Below, one piece after another: positions 34,976 through 47,404 of a stretch of DNA of 64,000 nt (its first letter is position 1; the number at the start of each line of letters is the position of its first letter). Position numbers and translations under genes: made by a program. The DNA lies in the NCBI GenBank assembly GCA_964016885.1, contig OZ024742.1, positions 295,058,001-295,122,000 on the forward strand, given 5' to 3'. A model generated the notes under the pieces. That model was not told the DNA's origin. It was given only the letters and a program-made list of their open reading frames with translations, and ran no database searches. The stretch comes from Eledone cirrhosa. Its lineage: Eukaryota.

Positions 34976-35331
34976 TGATTTTGATCAATAAAGTTAATTT
35001 TGGACTGAAATATGTAGTTTTAAAGTCAATATTTAATAACCTGATGCAATCATTTTAGTAAGTTTTTTTTTCATTTTGATTCCCTTGGTATTAACTACCA
35101 TAACAAAAAACATCAATTAATAATTTCCAACTAAATACTAGTTGTAGCAAGTAAATCCCTGTCTTCTCCTTACCATCATCAACCCCTCCACCCCCAGTTC
35201 TGAGCATATTTCAAGTGTGTGTGCGTGCGCACATTAGATTACATTTGTCAGTAGTGTTTCCTCAATCTTTCATTATGACCCTGCCTCATTCACATCACAC
35301 CTACAAGTACATTAATATTATAGATGTGTAC

Positions 35332-35433
35332 CTTTCTTGCCAAATGTTTGAAGTCATCTGTGCTAGATATTCGACCAAGTCTACAATCTGGTTTCCGATA
35401 AGGATTCAAGCAGGCAACAATCCACTGAGACAT
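35332..35433 (-). CDS. SETD2: SETD2 exon (SRI domain)
   Basis: MSQWIVACLNPYRKPDCRLGRISSTDDFKHLARK; AG/GT boundaries, phase 0/0. Confidence 0.96.
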
Positions 35434-36784
35434 CTGGAAATTAGAAAATATGTGTGAAAGATTTCATTTTGCAATTTTCAATAAAAATATATCTCATTCA
35501 ACTCCCTTATAAAATGTTTAGTTTTGAAGAAAAATACAATTAAAATAAATCCTTAAAAAACATTCACATACATAGCTTTGTGGTTAAGAAGTTCTCTACA
35601 GAACCATGTGGACTCAAGTTTGAATCCACTGCATGGCACAAATACCTTGTGAGAGAATTTGGTAGACAGAAACTGTGCAGAAAGCCTTCATACATGTGTA
35701 TGTGTTTATATCCATGTATGTCTGCATATTGACACTGCCATTTGTTCTACAGCTTAGCAGTTTGATGAGTGAAGATGAGTGGAAATAAGTACCATACTTT
35801 AAAATGTGTGTAAAAATGAGGATAACAATAACTGGCTTTCCCAAGCAAGCAGGATGCCCACCCCTCTCACCTACATCCCTCCACCCTAAACTCAAAGAAT
35901 TAGAGAGGTGGTACAACACTCAGGTTCTTTCCTTATGCCACCTGCCTGTACACACCTGAATTCCTTGCCAGCATATCCTGATTCCCTTTCCCTTCTCTAA
36001 AACTGAAGCAACTCTCAGGTTCTTCTATACTCCTGAGTTCCTAACCCAGCCCGTGCTAGCATGGAGAGCTCAGAAGAACCTTGACTGATTCACCTTCCCT
36101 ACCAAACCCTTGATCTCCCAACACACTTTCCCTGTTCAATCCAGGCCAACATGGAAAGCCAGGTAAACCCTACAATGATAGACACTATTCAACTAACAAT
36201 GTTAGATAACTGGCTCCAGAGCCACTCCTATGATTCAACATTCCCACCCTATGTAGCATATAAATGCCTCCTCAGTACATGCACATACACACACATTTAG
36301 GCCATCAAGAGAAGACAGTCACACTCCACAATATGTCAGATACCATCCACTTGCTTCAAAGTAACCTCTAGCTGCAGCCCCCACCAATGCCTCTCCAACC
36401 AGACCAAGGACACTGAGTGCCCTAGTGCTGGTGCCACGAAAAGAGTAACCAGTCCACTCTGTAAGGTGGTAGTGTTAGTGCCATGTCAAAAGCACCCAGT
36501 TCACTTTGTAAGGTGCTAGTGCTAAAGTCACAATAAAATGCTCTAAGCACACACTGTAAAGTGGCTGGCATTAGGATGAGCATCCATCTGTAGAATCCAA
36601 GCCAAAATAAAAAGTACAAGCAGAATCTAGTTACCTGACCAATCGGCTTCAACACACAACATCTGTCTAACCCATGCAAGCATGGAAAATAGCTGTTAAA
36701 TGGTAATGATGATGATATCTTCATTTTCTAAATCAGTACAGATCATAACTGAGTAACATAAGTATTTTAAAGTTATATCCTTAC

Positions 36785-36868
36785 CTTATTACGGAATGCT
36801 TCTTTGCTTCTTTTGGCAAGTTCACTGGAAGTATCAGCTGCTGCTGTAGTTGTCGCTTTTCTTTTAGA
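36785..36868 (-). CDS. SETD2: SETD2 exon (start of SRI)
   Basis: SKRKATTTAAADTSSELAKRSKEAFRNK; AG/GTAAG. Confidence 0.94.
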
Positions 36869-37051
36869 CTGAAAAAACAAATCAGAAGTCTATCCACTAC
36901 ATTAAAATGTATTGTTATTTCAGAAAATATATACAGCATGGTCTTACTAAAGTCACAATACAGGGTGGAGAAGACCTTTCAGTTCGGTGCAGGACATAAT
37001 AACCCCTCTACTGATGATGCTACAATAACATGTATTATTTCAGAAAATATA

Positions 37052-37150
37052 CAGGTGTCCTCCAAAAATGTGTACACAAAGCTGTGCATTCTAATAAATA
37101 TTGTCTATACAGGTAATTAAAGTGTATATACATTTTTTTGAGACACCTTG
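37052..37150. mobile_element. Tiny Tc1/mariner-type MITE
   Basis: TA-CAGGTGTCCTCCAAAAATGTGTACAC ... GTGTATATACATTTTTTTGAGACACCTTG-TA: imperfect TIRs with TA flanks. Confidence 0.6.
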
Positions 37151-37738
37151 TATATTACATGTATTATTGAACAGACAGAGTAGAGTAGAGAGACCCTTTA
37201 GTTTTGTTGTTGGAAACATGTACACTCTGTAAAGTGGTTGCACTGGTTCTATAAGATGCACCCAGTATACACTGCCTATGAGTTTAGATAAATTTTGAAA
37301 ATAATAAAAAATTCAAAAGGCATTTTGTAATGTAACTTCTTTACTATCAATCTGGTATTTGGAACATAACTTAAAGGGACTTACAAAAAATTTTGATGGA
37401 AAGTTTTCAGATAAATATAAACAGTTTTCTATCATAAAACCAAAAGTGATTTCAGGCAAAACTTGAGATTTTTTCATTTGACATAATATATTATCATCTG
37501 TATAACTCAATATTGTGAGTAAACCGTTTCAGAAATAAATATAAAAGGAAAGTCTAGGTATTGTAAGTAGTTTGGTAGGAAGATGGTCAGAGTTTGAGTC
37601 TGGTGGAGCCAGTTGTAGGGAGTGGATGAACAAGCTGGCCTTAGACCATCTAGAAAGTATCATTTAGTTTATGTCATCAGTAACAGTTAACAGTAGTCAT
37701 ATATCTAACAACATTTTCAATCAATAAACTGAATGTAC

Positions 37739-37829
37739 CTTGTTCTGTGGTTCATCATGAGTTGGAGTTCCTAGATCCATATCATCTTGATCACTTTGGT
37801 CCCATTTTGGGAGATCCCACTGTGTTTGT
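37739..37829 (-). CDS. SETD2: SETD2 exon (WW domain end)
   Basis: QTQWDLPKWDQSDQDDMDLGTPTHDEPQNK; phase 2/0. Confidence 0.95.
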
Positions 37830-38880
37830 CTGTAAGAGGAAATAAACACCACTGAATTAGAAATATGTTTTAGTAATATTCATAACTTGGCAATTTTGAA
37901 CAACCTTATTACATGGTAATATAATCTCCCAGAGAAGAATAGAGAGAGTGAGAGAATGGAAGTGAGAAAGATTTAGAGAGGAAGAATCAATCTCAGTACT
38001 TGACTGGTAATATTTTTATCGATGAAGAATGGATGAAAGGCTAAGTTGATCTTGGCGGGATTTGAGAGCAGAGAGCTGAAATCATCATCATCATCGTTTA
38101 ACATCTATCTTCCACGCTAGCATGAATACCATAAAGCATTCTACCTGATGTTCTAACATCTCTGCCAATTCGCTGCCTGTTTAATGTATAACTAACATCA
38201 AAATGACACTAACAATAACACATCATTAAAAAACATAAATCAACCGCAATCAGGTTTGATGATGCATATTCCATTTGTTCAATCAACCAAATGGTCTACA
38301 CATCAAATTTATGTACAAGAGTATTCCAAACAAATCAACCTTAGTGTAATTCTCAGGGAGAGTCAGCATGACACAGCATGTGGCAAGGCTACTACTTTGA
38401 ATTATAGATGCAGTCCACCCAATGGGTTTCCACAGTTTCATACACAAGGCATGGGAGTCAACTCAAGAGCAAGGTAAAAGACACTTGTCCAAGATACCAC
38501 ACAGAAGGACCAAACCTAGAAACATGATTGTGAAGTCTACTTCTTAACCCTTCAGTTAGGCTGTGCACAAATGTATACACTATTTACATCAGTCTGTTTA
38601 GCCAGAAGGTCACCACCATTTTACATCTGCTTTCTACACTGGAATGGGTTGGGACAGGTTAACCTAAGTAATTATTAATTGAAGCTACTGATCTAGATGG
38701 ACAGCAAAACAACATCTTAATACTGGTACCAACACTAGAAGGGTTGTGGTTTTTACAAAACTGGACAGTCCTTTCTACCATATAACTTATCTTATCTACC
38801 TAACACATGTTGCTACAGAAATAGTTTAGAAAGAGGCAGGAGTAATATCATTAAAAAAGCATTCATTTTCAACAGCCTAC

Positions 38881-39068
38881 CTTGTTAAGGTATGATAGTA
38901 ATAATGTTTCCCTTCTGCATCTTTAGCAATCTTCCAGTTGGCTGGAAGTTTGGTAACTTTAAGTTTAGGTGGTGATGGTGGTGGTGGAGGTTCATCATCT
39001 GTTGCAGTAGTTGAGGTTGTTGTTGGTAAAACAATATTTTGCATTTGTAATTGTTGTAATTGGTCAAC
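38881..39068 (-). CDS. SETD2: SETD2 exon (WW domain)
   Basis: ..PPPPPSPPKLKVTKLPANWKIAKDAEGKHYYYHTLTR; phase 0/2. Confidence 0.95.
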
Positions 39069-39190
39069 CTAATGAAATAGAAGATATTTGAGCTGACATT
39101 TATCATGGTAAACTCTATTGAGAATTAGGTATTCACATTTAAAATATCATTTTGTAATATGGTAACTGAAATCAAAGCATATTATATAGA

Positions 39191-39653
39191 CTAGCAGAAA
39201 AACCACCCTTCGGGTGGTTTTCTGCTAGCATGTGTAGTGTGTATATTGATATTATACACAAATATATATGCATGTAAATAAAATCGTAATTGACAATATA
39301 CACAGAAATTGAACAAAGACCTGTCTTATGTAATCAGTAATGTAATCCATGATACATTAAAAAAAGACGATATTATATATAAACTGCATTAGGAGAAAAT
39401 TAGCGACGGAAATATATGCGATTATAAGTATTATAATATAACGGCCGCTAACCGGAAGTGTTGACATTTGAAAATTTTAAAGAAGTGAATCTTTAAATAA
39501 GCTATAAAATATATTTAATCAACAGCCACGAAATTTAGTAGATAAATTATGTAATATTCATTCATTATTTATTCAAAGTAATTATTTTACAAACGGGGTA
39601 AAAAAATATATTCTGGATGCAGTCCCGCACTCCTTTCTTTATTATAGTTAAGA
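39191..39653 (-). mobile_element. Non-autonomous Helitron (463 bp)
   Basis: The minus strand starts A|TCTTAACTATAATAAA and ends with hairpin CCACCC-GAA-GGGTGG then CTAG|T; A/T target site, no TSD. Confidence 0.75.
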
Positions 39654-40244
39654 TATAGCAAACTTTTAAACAATTTTTTCTTCTTAAATAAGCATTATGA
39701 TCAGATTTTCTTAAGAAATACCATAAACTGCAGTGTACAAGCTGGTCTATTGTGCAACTATCTTATGATTCTTAGCTCAAAATTCTGTGTTAGGTCTACA
39801 TCTATTCTATAGGTTTACCCTTATACATGACAGGATCTATTAAGGTTATATTTTATTGATAGTTATACTGGATATGTTCTAAGGATTATAATATAACATA
39901 CCACATATGGTAAACTATGGTAGAACATAGCATTCTATAAAACAACTAAGTAAACTGTACTCATTGATATTGTACAAGGTATGTTCTGAGGACTATAATA
40001 TATGTACCATATAGTATAGTAAAACATGAAAGTACACCTACAAAACACATAAGTAAACTACACCCATTGATAAGTATCCTAGGGTTGTTTTATTGTTATC
40101 TTATATCAGCTGTACTCTATTTGTGAAATATATTAAATAAGTTTACCTAAATCAATCTTTAATTAGAAATATTTGCTGTAGTTACAGTAAAAGTAGATTG
40201 TTAGGAACTATGCCCCATATGTTTACCATTTACTAAAAAACCGA

Positions 40245-41487
40245 GCAAGAAAGTAATTTCGTTTTTCGCAAATAGATTTCGATTTTTTTTAATGACTTTA
40301 GTCAATGTTATGATTTTTTCCTTTTGACATTTGATAGCTGTTACTTTTAGCTTACTTTAGAAGCAAATTGCACGTAATTTTTTTACAGTTGTTAGTTCAG
40401 TGTCAATTTTAACATGGAATGCAAAAACGAACATTTTTGCCATTTTTTGCTTTTTTTCGTAAAGGCAAGAAAGCTGCTGAGGCTCACAAAGAGATATGTG
40501 AAGTTTATGGTGGTTGATTGCTTAACAGAACGCACATATCAGAAATGGTTTTAAAAATTCCATTCTGGTCGATCTACTGAAGTTGATGACCGAATTAAAG
40601 TCATAATTGAATCTGATTGTCATTCAACTGTGCAAGAGATTGCAGAGAGGTTAAATGTATCACACACAACAATTGAAAATCAATTAAAATGTCTTGGACT
40701 CGTTAAGAAGCTCAATATTTGAGTTCCACATAAATTGAAAGAGATTCACTTAACACAATGATCAATATTTGCGATATGCATCTCAAACGCAATGAAATCA
40801 ACCTTTTCTTTTTAAATGAATCATCACTGATGATGAAAAATGGATTGTCTATAATAACATTAATCGAAAACGATCATGGTCCAAGCGTAATGAACCAGCA
40901 CAAACCTCATTGAAAGCTGAATTGCATGAAAAAAAGGTCATGCTGTCAATTTGGTGGGATTACAAAGGTGTTGTGTATTTTGAGCTGCTTCCAAGTTACC
41001 AAATGATCAATTCAGATGTTTACTGTCAACAACTAATGAAACTGGAGGAAGCAATCAAAGAAAAACAGCCAGAATTGGCAAATCGTAAAGGAATCGTGTT
41101 ACACCATGACAACGCTAGACCACATACATCTTTGCTAACTCAGTGAAAAATTATTTGAGCTTGGTTGTGAAGTGATGTCACATCCACCATATAGCCCTGA
41201 CCTTGCACCATCAGATTACCATTTATTTAGAAGTTTACAAATAACTTTGAATGGTAAAACTTTCAATAATGATGATGACCTGAAATCACACTTGCTTCAG
41301 TTTTTGGTTGATAAGGACCAAAAGTTCTGAGTGCAGAATCATGAAGTTGCCAGAAAGATGGCAAAAGATCATCGAACAAAATGGAAAATATTTAATTGAT
41401 TAAATTTCATTCTTTGTATGAAAAAAAAAAAAAAAAATTACTTTTATTTCACACTAAAAAATCGAAATTACTTTCTTGCCAACCCAA
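40245..41487 (+). mobile_element. Decayed mariner transposon (mellifera-like); transposase pseudogene 40414-41403
   Basis: TIR GCAAGAAAGTAATTTCG / CGAAATTACTTTCTTGCCAACCCAA-TA. Motifs FRKGKKAAEAH, (W)VPHKL, TDDEKW, HHDNARPH and HPPYSPDLAPSDYHLF; many stops and frameshifts. Confidence 0.92.
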
Positions 41488-41687
41488 TATATTTCTAATA
41501 AAAGACACTGCCTATGATATTAAGCTGGTATTTAGAATATAAATTAACAAAGTTCTGACATAAAATTATGATGAAATGTTTTTAAATAAATATAAATACT
41601 TTAAAACAAACCATTTTGATAGGACCAGGGGCAATTTAAGGTAGTTTAGTATCAAAAAGGCTGATAAAATGCAAAGTAAAAACCTAC

Positions 41688-42056
41688 TTGCTGACAAGCA
41701 AATAATCCTTGGTTGATTTGAACAACTTGAGAGCTAGCAACAGCTGGAGTTGATGCCTGAGGTTGAGAGAAATGTTGTGAAGGAGGTACAACCAAGGTCT
41801 GTGCTGTAGGAGGGTAGAAAACCTGAGGTGGTGCTGCTGGTTGTTGTTGTTGTGGTGGTGGTTGTTGTTGACCTTGTACAAACAGTGGTGTCTGTGGGGT
41901 TGATGAAGTTGGAGGAGGAACATTAACAAGAGAGGCTGCAGGTAACTGAGGAGTTTGAGGAGGTAGTTGAGGTAGAGAGCTGGATTGAGGAGGTGTTGTT
42001 TGTGGGTAGGAGGTCGTTTGACTGGTTTGAGGTGTTGTCATGTACTTCGATTGAAC
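41688..42056 (-). CDS. SETD2: SETD2 exon (Pro/Gln/Thr-rich low complexity)
   Basis: VQSKYMTTPQ...GLFACQQ; TTTTTTGCAG acceptor, GTAGGT donor, frame-compatible with neighbours. Confidence 0.8.
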
Positions 42057-42294
42057 CTGCAAAAAAAAAGATTTATTATCAGGATAAAATGCAGCCAGAC
42101 CACAGTGTCGAGTGGTAATGCTGATGACACTAAACAAAGCACCCAGTCCACCCTGTAAAATGCTCCCAGACAATGCAGTGGAGTGGTTGGTGTTAGGAAG
42201 GGCGACTAGCTGTAGAAACCATGCCATGGGTATTAAAAAAGTGATGATGATGATGATTTCTTTCAATAGTTTATTATTATGGTGTAAGTATAAT

Positions 42295-42672
42295 CATCAT
42301 CATTTTACGTCCGCTTTTCCCTGCTTGCAAGGGTGGGACGGGAACTGATTCTGGCTTGATTTCTACAGCTGGATGCCCTTCCTAACACCAACCTCATTTA
42401 CAGTGAGTGCTGAGTGATTTTTTTTCCGTGGCGCCTACACGTCCACTTTACAGTGGGGGCTGGGTGCTTTTTTGCCATGGCACCTCCACGACCACTTTGG
42501 AGTGGAATGACATGGACCCTAGTCCTATCATCTCATTTCTACAGCTGAGTGAACTGGAGCAAAGTGAAATAAAGTGTCTTGCTCAAGGAAACAACACATC
42601 ACCCGGTTTGAGAATTGAACTCACAACCTTTCGATTGCAAGGCCAATGCTCTAACCACTAAGCCATGTGCCT
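42295..42672 (-). mobile_element. tRNA-derived SINE with RTE-A' tail
   Basis: Reverse-complement homolog of 20678-21125 with a deletion in the tail. Confidence 0.82.
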
Positions 42673-42816
42673 CCATCAATTATGGATATGAATGTTCTTC
42701 AGAAGAGAGAGAAAATAGGCTTTTGTTAACATTGATATCATTATGTTATGCATTTTGGCAAGCATTTTCCAAGGTGGGTTCAATTCTGTTCCTTGGATAA
42801 CATTTTATGAAAATTT

Positions 42817-42852
<36 letters not shown>

Positions 42853-43214
42853 AAATTTATACATATAAATATATATTGAAAAATACAAAACAGCTCGCTA
42901 TGATAGCAACATAATAAAAATTGAAGTCTTTACTTTAGTTTACTGCAAAATTTTCACAGAAATCTATCCACTAGTAAACATTTGAAATAACAATCCTACT
43001 TTAGATATTTTCTGCTAAATCATTGCAGGATGTCAAGAGTCAAATTTAGGGTGGTAGAGATTGCTTGTAAAATATAAGTATGGATTTGAACTCAGAACGT
43101 AAAGGGCTGTAACTATGTTGCAAACCATGGTGTCTAACGCTCTACCAATTCTGCCAATCCACTACCCTCAAACACTACAAATAATAAAATCAGAAAATGT
43201 AGAAATCGACTTAC

Positions 43215-43390
43215 AGAGAAAGCAGGTGTATTAGAATACAAAGCAGGTACAGAGCTGCAAGGTTCAATATATGTTGGTGTCATTGTTGGTAAAACACTAT
43301 GATTAGGTGTTGCTTGAGAAGTGGCAGTTTCAAGTACAACTGGAATACTGGGTGCTGCTATAAAACAATGTTCTGAAAGAGCTTCTGCAC
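43215..43390 (-). CDS. SETD2: SETD2 exon (low complexity)
   Basis: [18 protein letters not shown]...TPAFS; AG/GTAAGT, phase 1/0 fits flanking exons. Confidence 0.78.
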
Positions 43391-43432
43391 CTAAAATTTA
43401 AACAATATTTCAACATTTTAGTCTTTAAGACA

Positions 43433-43440
<8 letters not shown>

Positions 43441-43508
<68 letters not shown>

Positions 43509-43536
43509 ATACACACATATATATATATATATACAT

Positions 43537-43579
<43 letters not shown>

Positions 43580-43610
43580 CACACACATATATATATATAT
43601 ATACATACAC
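43441..43610. repeat. (TA)n/(TACA) microsatellite
   Basis: Directly visible. Confidence 0.9.
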
Positions 43611-44452
43611 AAATATAGTTAATACATTATTTCACAAAAATAACTACCAAAGTTAAATGTGTATTTCATTTCTGTGACACTAGAGCCCTCGCCTTTCCCT
43701 TCTTTTTCCGTTTTTTTAAAAATATTTTCTTATTTTACATCCTATTCTTTCTTCTCAATCTTTTTCTATTAAATTGTTTTCAATAGTTATATATATGTAA
43801 ACATGTCACTTTGTAATCAAACGTAGCATAATAAACACGTTTCTAGTGTGTATAATATAAAATGTAAAATATATAGTCTGTAACTTTTAACACCTTAAGA
43901 AGAAGGCTTTACTATGTTGACAGTGTGTGTGGGTGTGTGCATTCTAAAAGTTCTGTAGGACCCCTGTAGAAAAGTCAATGAATTAATTCCTATAACTGGA
44001 TAGAGTATTAATAATAATGAAGATTTTGTTTGTGTAGATTATCTTGTCCATCCATTCAAATTCCATTCTTTTGTTAGCTATCAACACCATTGTAAATCTG
44101 TAATGATAGTTATTTATGACCTTGCAGTGGTATTTGATAGACATTTAGTGGTATGCTATACAAATGTAGTAATGTTCACACAATAAAATACACCCAGTGC
44201 AGTCTGTAAAGTGGTTGGCATTAGGAAAGGCATTCAACCATAGAAACTATGCCAAAATATGGAACATATGAACAGTTATGTTTCTCCGGCCTGCTTATTA
44301 TCATGGAAAGCAGGCATACTTAGAATAAGGTATGGATTGGCATCAGGAAGGTCATCAAACTGCCAGAAAAAGAGATCTTGTTCAATCAATGCAAACATAG
44401 AAAATACTGATGTAATAATGCTGCTGATGATGATACTATACATATTTCTTAC

Positions 44453-45243
44453 CTGATGGTTGTTGAGTAACTGCAGGTGTAGTGGTAGTTGTTACTGATA
44501 CACTTGCTTTTGGATAACTAGGTTCAGGAGGTACAGCTGTTACAGGTGCCGGAACAGCTATTTGGTAATTGGCATCAGTTTGGTAACTGGCCTGTTCTGT
44601 CGTGGCTTGGAAAGTTGTTTGTTCAGGTGGAGGCACCTGGTATGCACTGGGGTCTGTGGTTGTTACAGAATAAGCACTTGCATCAGGTGCTTGTAACTGA
44701 TAGGTATTGGGGTCAGTTTGATGTATTTGATAAGCATTAGGGTCTGTTGGGGGTGGTACCGGATATACAGTGGGGTCAGCTCCAGGCACTGCATAGGCAG
44801 CATTTGGATCTGTAGGGGGTGGTATTAGGTAATTAGATAGATGGTAAACACTATTAGGGTCCTGATACTGTGCATTTGGATCCTGTTGGTATGTAGCAGG
44901 ATTTGGAAACAATCCAGTAACTGGGTCTGGTTGATAAGCTACCACAGCTGAAGGGTCCTGTGTATAGGCTACATTAGGATCATGCTGGTAAACCATGTTT
45001 GGATCTTGTTGGTAAGCAATGTTTGGATCATGTTGTGCATAGTACTCATAGCCGTTGCCTTCTCCAGTAATGTATTGTTGCATATATTCCTGCTGTTGTT
45101 GGATGTAAGCTGCTTCTTGCTGCTTTTGAAATTCTGCTCGTTCATCTTCTGCTCTTACTTGGGCCTCAAACTGTTGACGTCGTTCTTCTTTGCTCAGCTT
45201 GGGCGGTGTAGGTAGCAGAACACGCCTGTTGAAACCATAAATT
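44453..45243 (-). CDS. SETD2: SETD2 exon (coiled coil + YQxDPN repeats); alternative in-frame acceptor at 45225
   Basis: RVLLPTPPKLSKEERRQQFEAQV resembles human KLSTEERRKLFEQEV; GTAAGA donor; phase 2/1. Confidence 0.88.
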
Positions 45244-46452
45244 CTACAGATGTAAAATGCAAAATAATAAACACTGGGTGAATTATATGAAAGAAATAAG
45301 GCACATATATATATACATAAAACGAAAAATAAAAAGTGACAAAACATACATTTTACATAATACTACAAGTTGGTATGTTAATTATAATTATTTGATAGAC
45401 AAAATATTTTAAAAGCTATAACACAATATAATTCTTACATGGTGTTCACATCACACAGATACATTGCTAAATCTATTTCTAGATTATCTTAGATAAACAG
45501 TTACAAATTATTTCAGAGACAAAATATTAATAAAATTATATATTCTTACAAGATTTTAATATTTTAATTGAAGTTATGGAACAGGTATTAACTCTTAACA
45601 TATTGTAAACGATTTAGTTAGCAGAAAATATCTAAAAACAGGCTTGTCGATTCAGAGCAGATCTTTGTGAAAATCTGCAGTAAAGATTTTAATATGTAAT
45701 GCAGTCATGTTGCTTTCTTGCTAATGTGATTGAAGTTATTTAGAATATACATGCAATAATTCTGAGCTTTAATCCATATTTCTAATATTCATGAAAGGTA
45801 TTTTTCTTCCTATTAATATTTTAACTGCTCTCTCCACTGATCTTTAATATCTACTGTTTTACTATAAAATTACTACTTCTTGATGACGAACAATACCTTT
45901 TTTTTTGTTTAGTGTGTGAGTGAGTTGGGGAGGAAGTGTCATTAATCCTTTTCATGGTCTCTGAGACTGTAGAGATGGAAGAAGGGAGGCAAGTCTTCTC
46001 AAATAAGAGACCTTGTCCAAATGCTAGTAACAGAGTGGATTGTGTTAAAGACACATAAGAACCAAGTGGTGGTGTAAAATCCAAGCAATGAATTAAACCT
46101 ATCACTTGAGTAGGACTTGAACTGCAAGGTCACTTGTTCACTGCTCAAAGAATTTCAACAATCATCTTAGCGGCTAATACGTTATTTAATAAATCTCGAA
46201 ATGATTGAGGCAAAACTGACCTCAATGAGATTTAAACTTAGTGCAGAGTATCAGAACCAATACCACAATACATTTTGTTCTATATGCTGACAACTCTACT
46301 AATTTACTGACTGTGATTCTATGTTTTGCGAACAATTAGTAATTATATAAACTAATTCCAGGAAACTGAATGCCACAATATGGCACCTATACCAAATCTA
46401 AAGATTCATAAATACCACAAACAATGAAAATATGTGTAATAAAATGAAATAC

Positions 46453-46570
46453 CTAGGCCTACTGGGATTGAGCAAGTCTTGAACATCTTCCCGCCTTCGG
46501 TCCGAGCGTGATTTAAAACGATTATGACTTTTATCAGGTGATGCCTCATATCGGCGCTTACGATCTCTTT
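46453..46570 (-). CDS. SETD2: SETD2 exon (R/S/D-rich)
   Basis: RDRKRRYEASPDKSHNRFKSRSDRRREDVQDLLNPSRP; phase 1/2. Confidence 0.85.
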
Positions 46571-47132
46571 CTGTAAAATAACAAAAATATGTAGGGATAA
46601 GGCAAAGTAAAGAGATGAACAAAAAACAGCCCCCTTTTCAAACTGGCATAATTTTTATACATTTACTTGTTCTAAGGAGAAAACTCACAAGTAAATTACT
46701 GATTGATACCAACCAGCCCAACCAAACCCATTTTAAAGAGTTTCTATATCAATTAAATTCTGAGATAATTTTACTTTTGTTTAATAATGAAATAATTAAA
46801 AATTTTTGTAAATCCCTCCATATTCTTTGATAATTCAAATACAGTGATTATCATATACACATGACATCATATTTACTGTCCTTTAACAGGGAAAATGGTG
46901 TATTTAATTAGATTATGAAAATGATGTATTTAATTAGAACAAAGGTGTTAAGTAAACATACAGAAATATTTGCTGAGAAATGATCAATTTAATTTCAATC
47001 AAATATTATTTTAAATTACATTTAAACAGAAGTAATCAGTTTAATTACAATTAAAATGTTATATTATGAATATATATATCAACTGACAATTAATTAGTTT
47101 AATTATATCATTTAAAACGTCATAAATCTCAC

Positions 47133-47196
47133 CTAATTCTCTTTCTGTTCTTTTTCGCTCTTCAACCTTTTCTTTTTTTGGTATTTTAAAAACTTC
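47133..47196 (-). CDS. SETD2: SETD2 exon
   Basis: EVFKIPKKEKVEERKRTEREL, matching the conserved LKEVYRIPKK motif; AG/GTGAG. Confidence 0.92.
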
Positions 47197-47404
47197 CTGT
47201 TAAAAGACAAAACAGAATATATATATATATATATATATATATAATACAAGGACGATTTGTTAAGTCTTCATTACGTTTATTGATTGGTGGCGTGCGTTTC
47301 GCTATTGATCAGCTCAAGGTTTGATCTGTATCGATCTGGCCTGACTCTGGAATCAAAAGCTCGTTGGACCTCTGCTGTTGTAATGACAGAATCAGATATA
47401 TATA

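Noticed and set aside
37005-37225. CTGATGA ... GAAAC spanning a MITE as a hammerhead
   Set aside because: No closing stem I and an implausible stem II; likely chance.
40245-41487. SETMAR-like SET-mariner fusion
   Set aside because: The transposase is antisense to SETD2 and riddled with stops and frameshifts.
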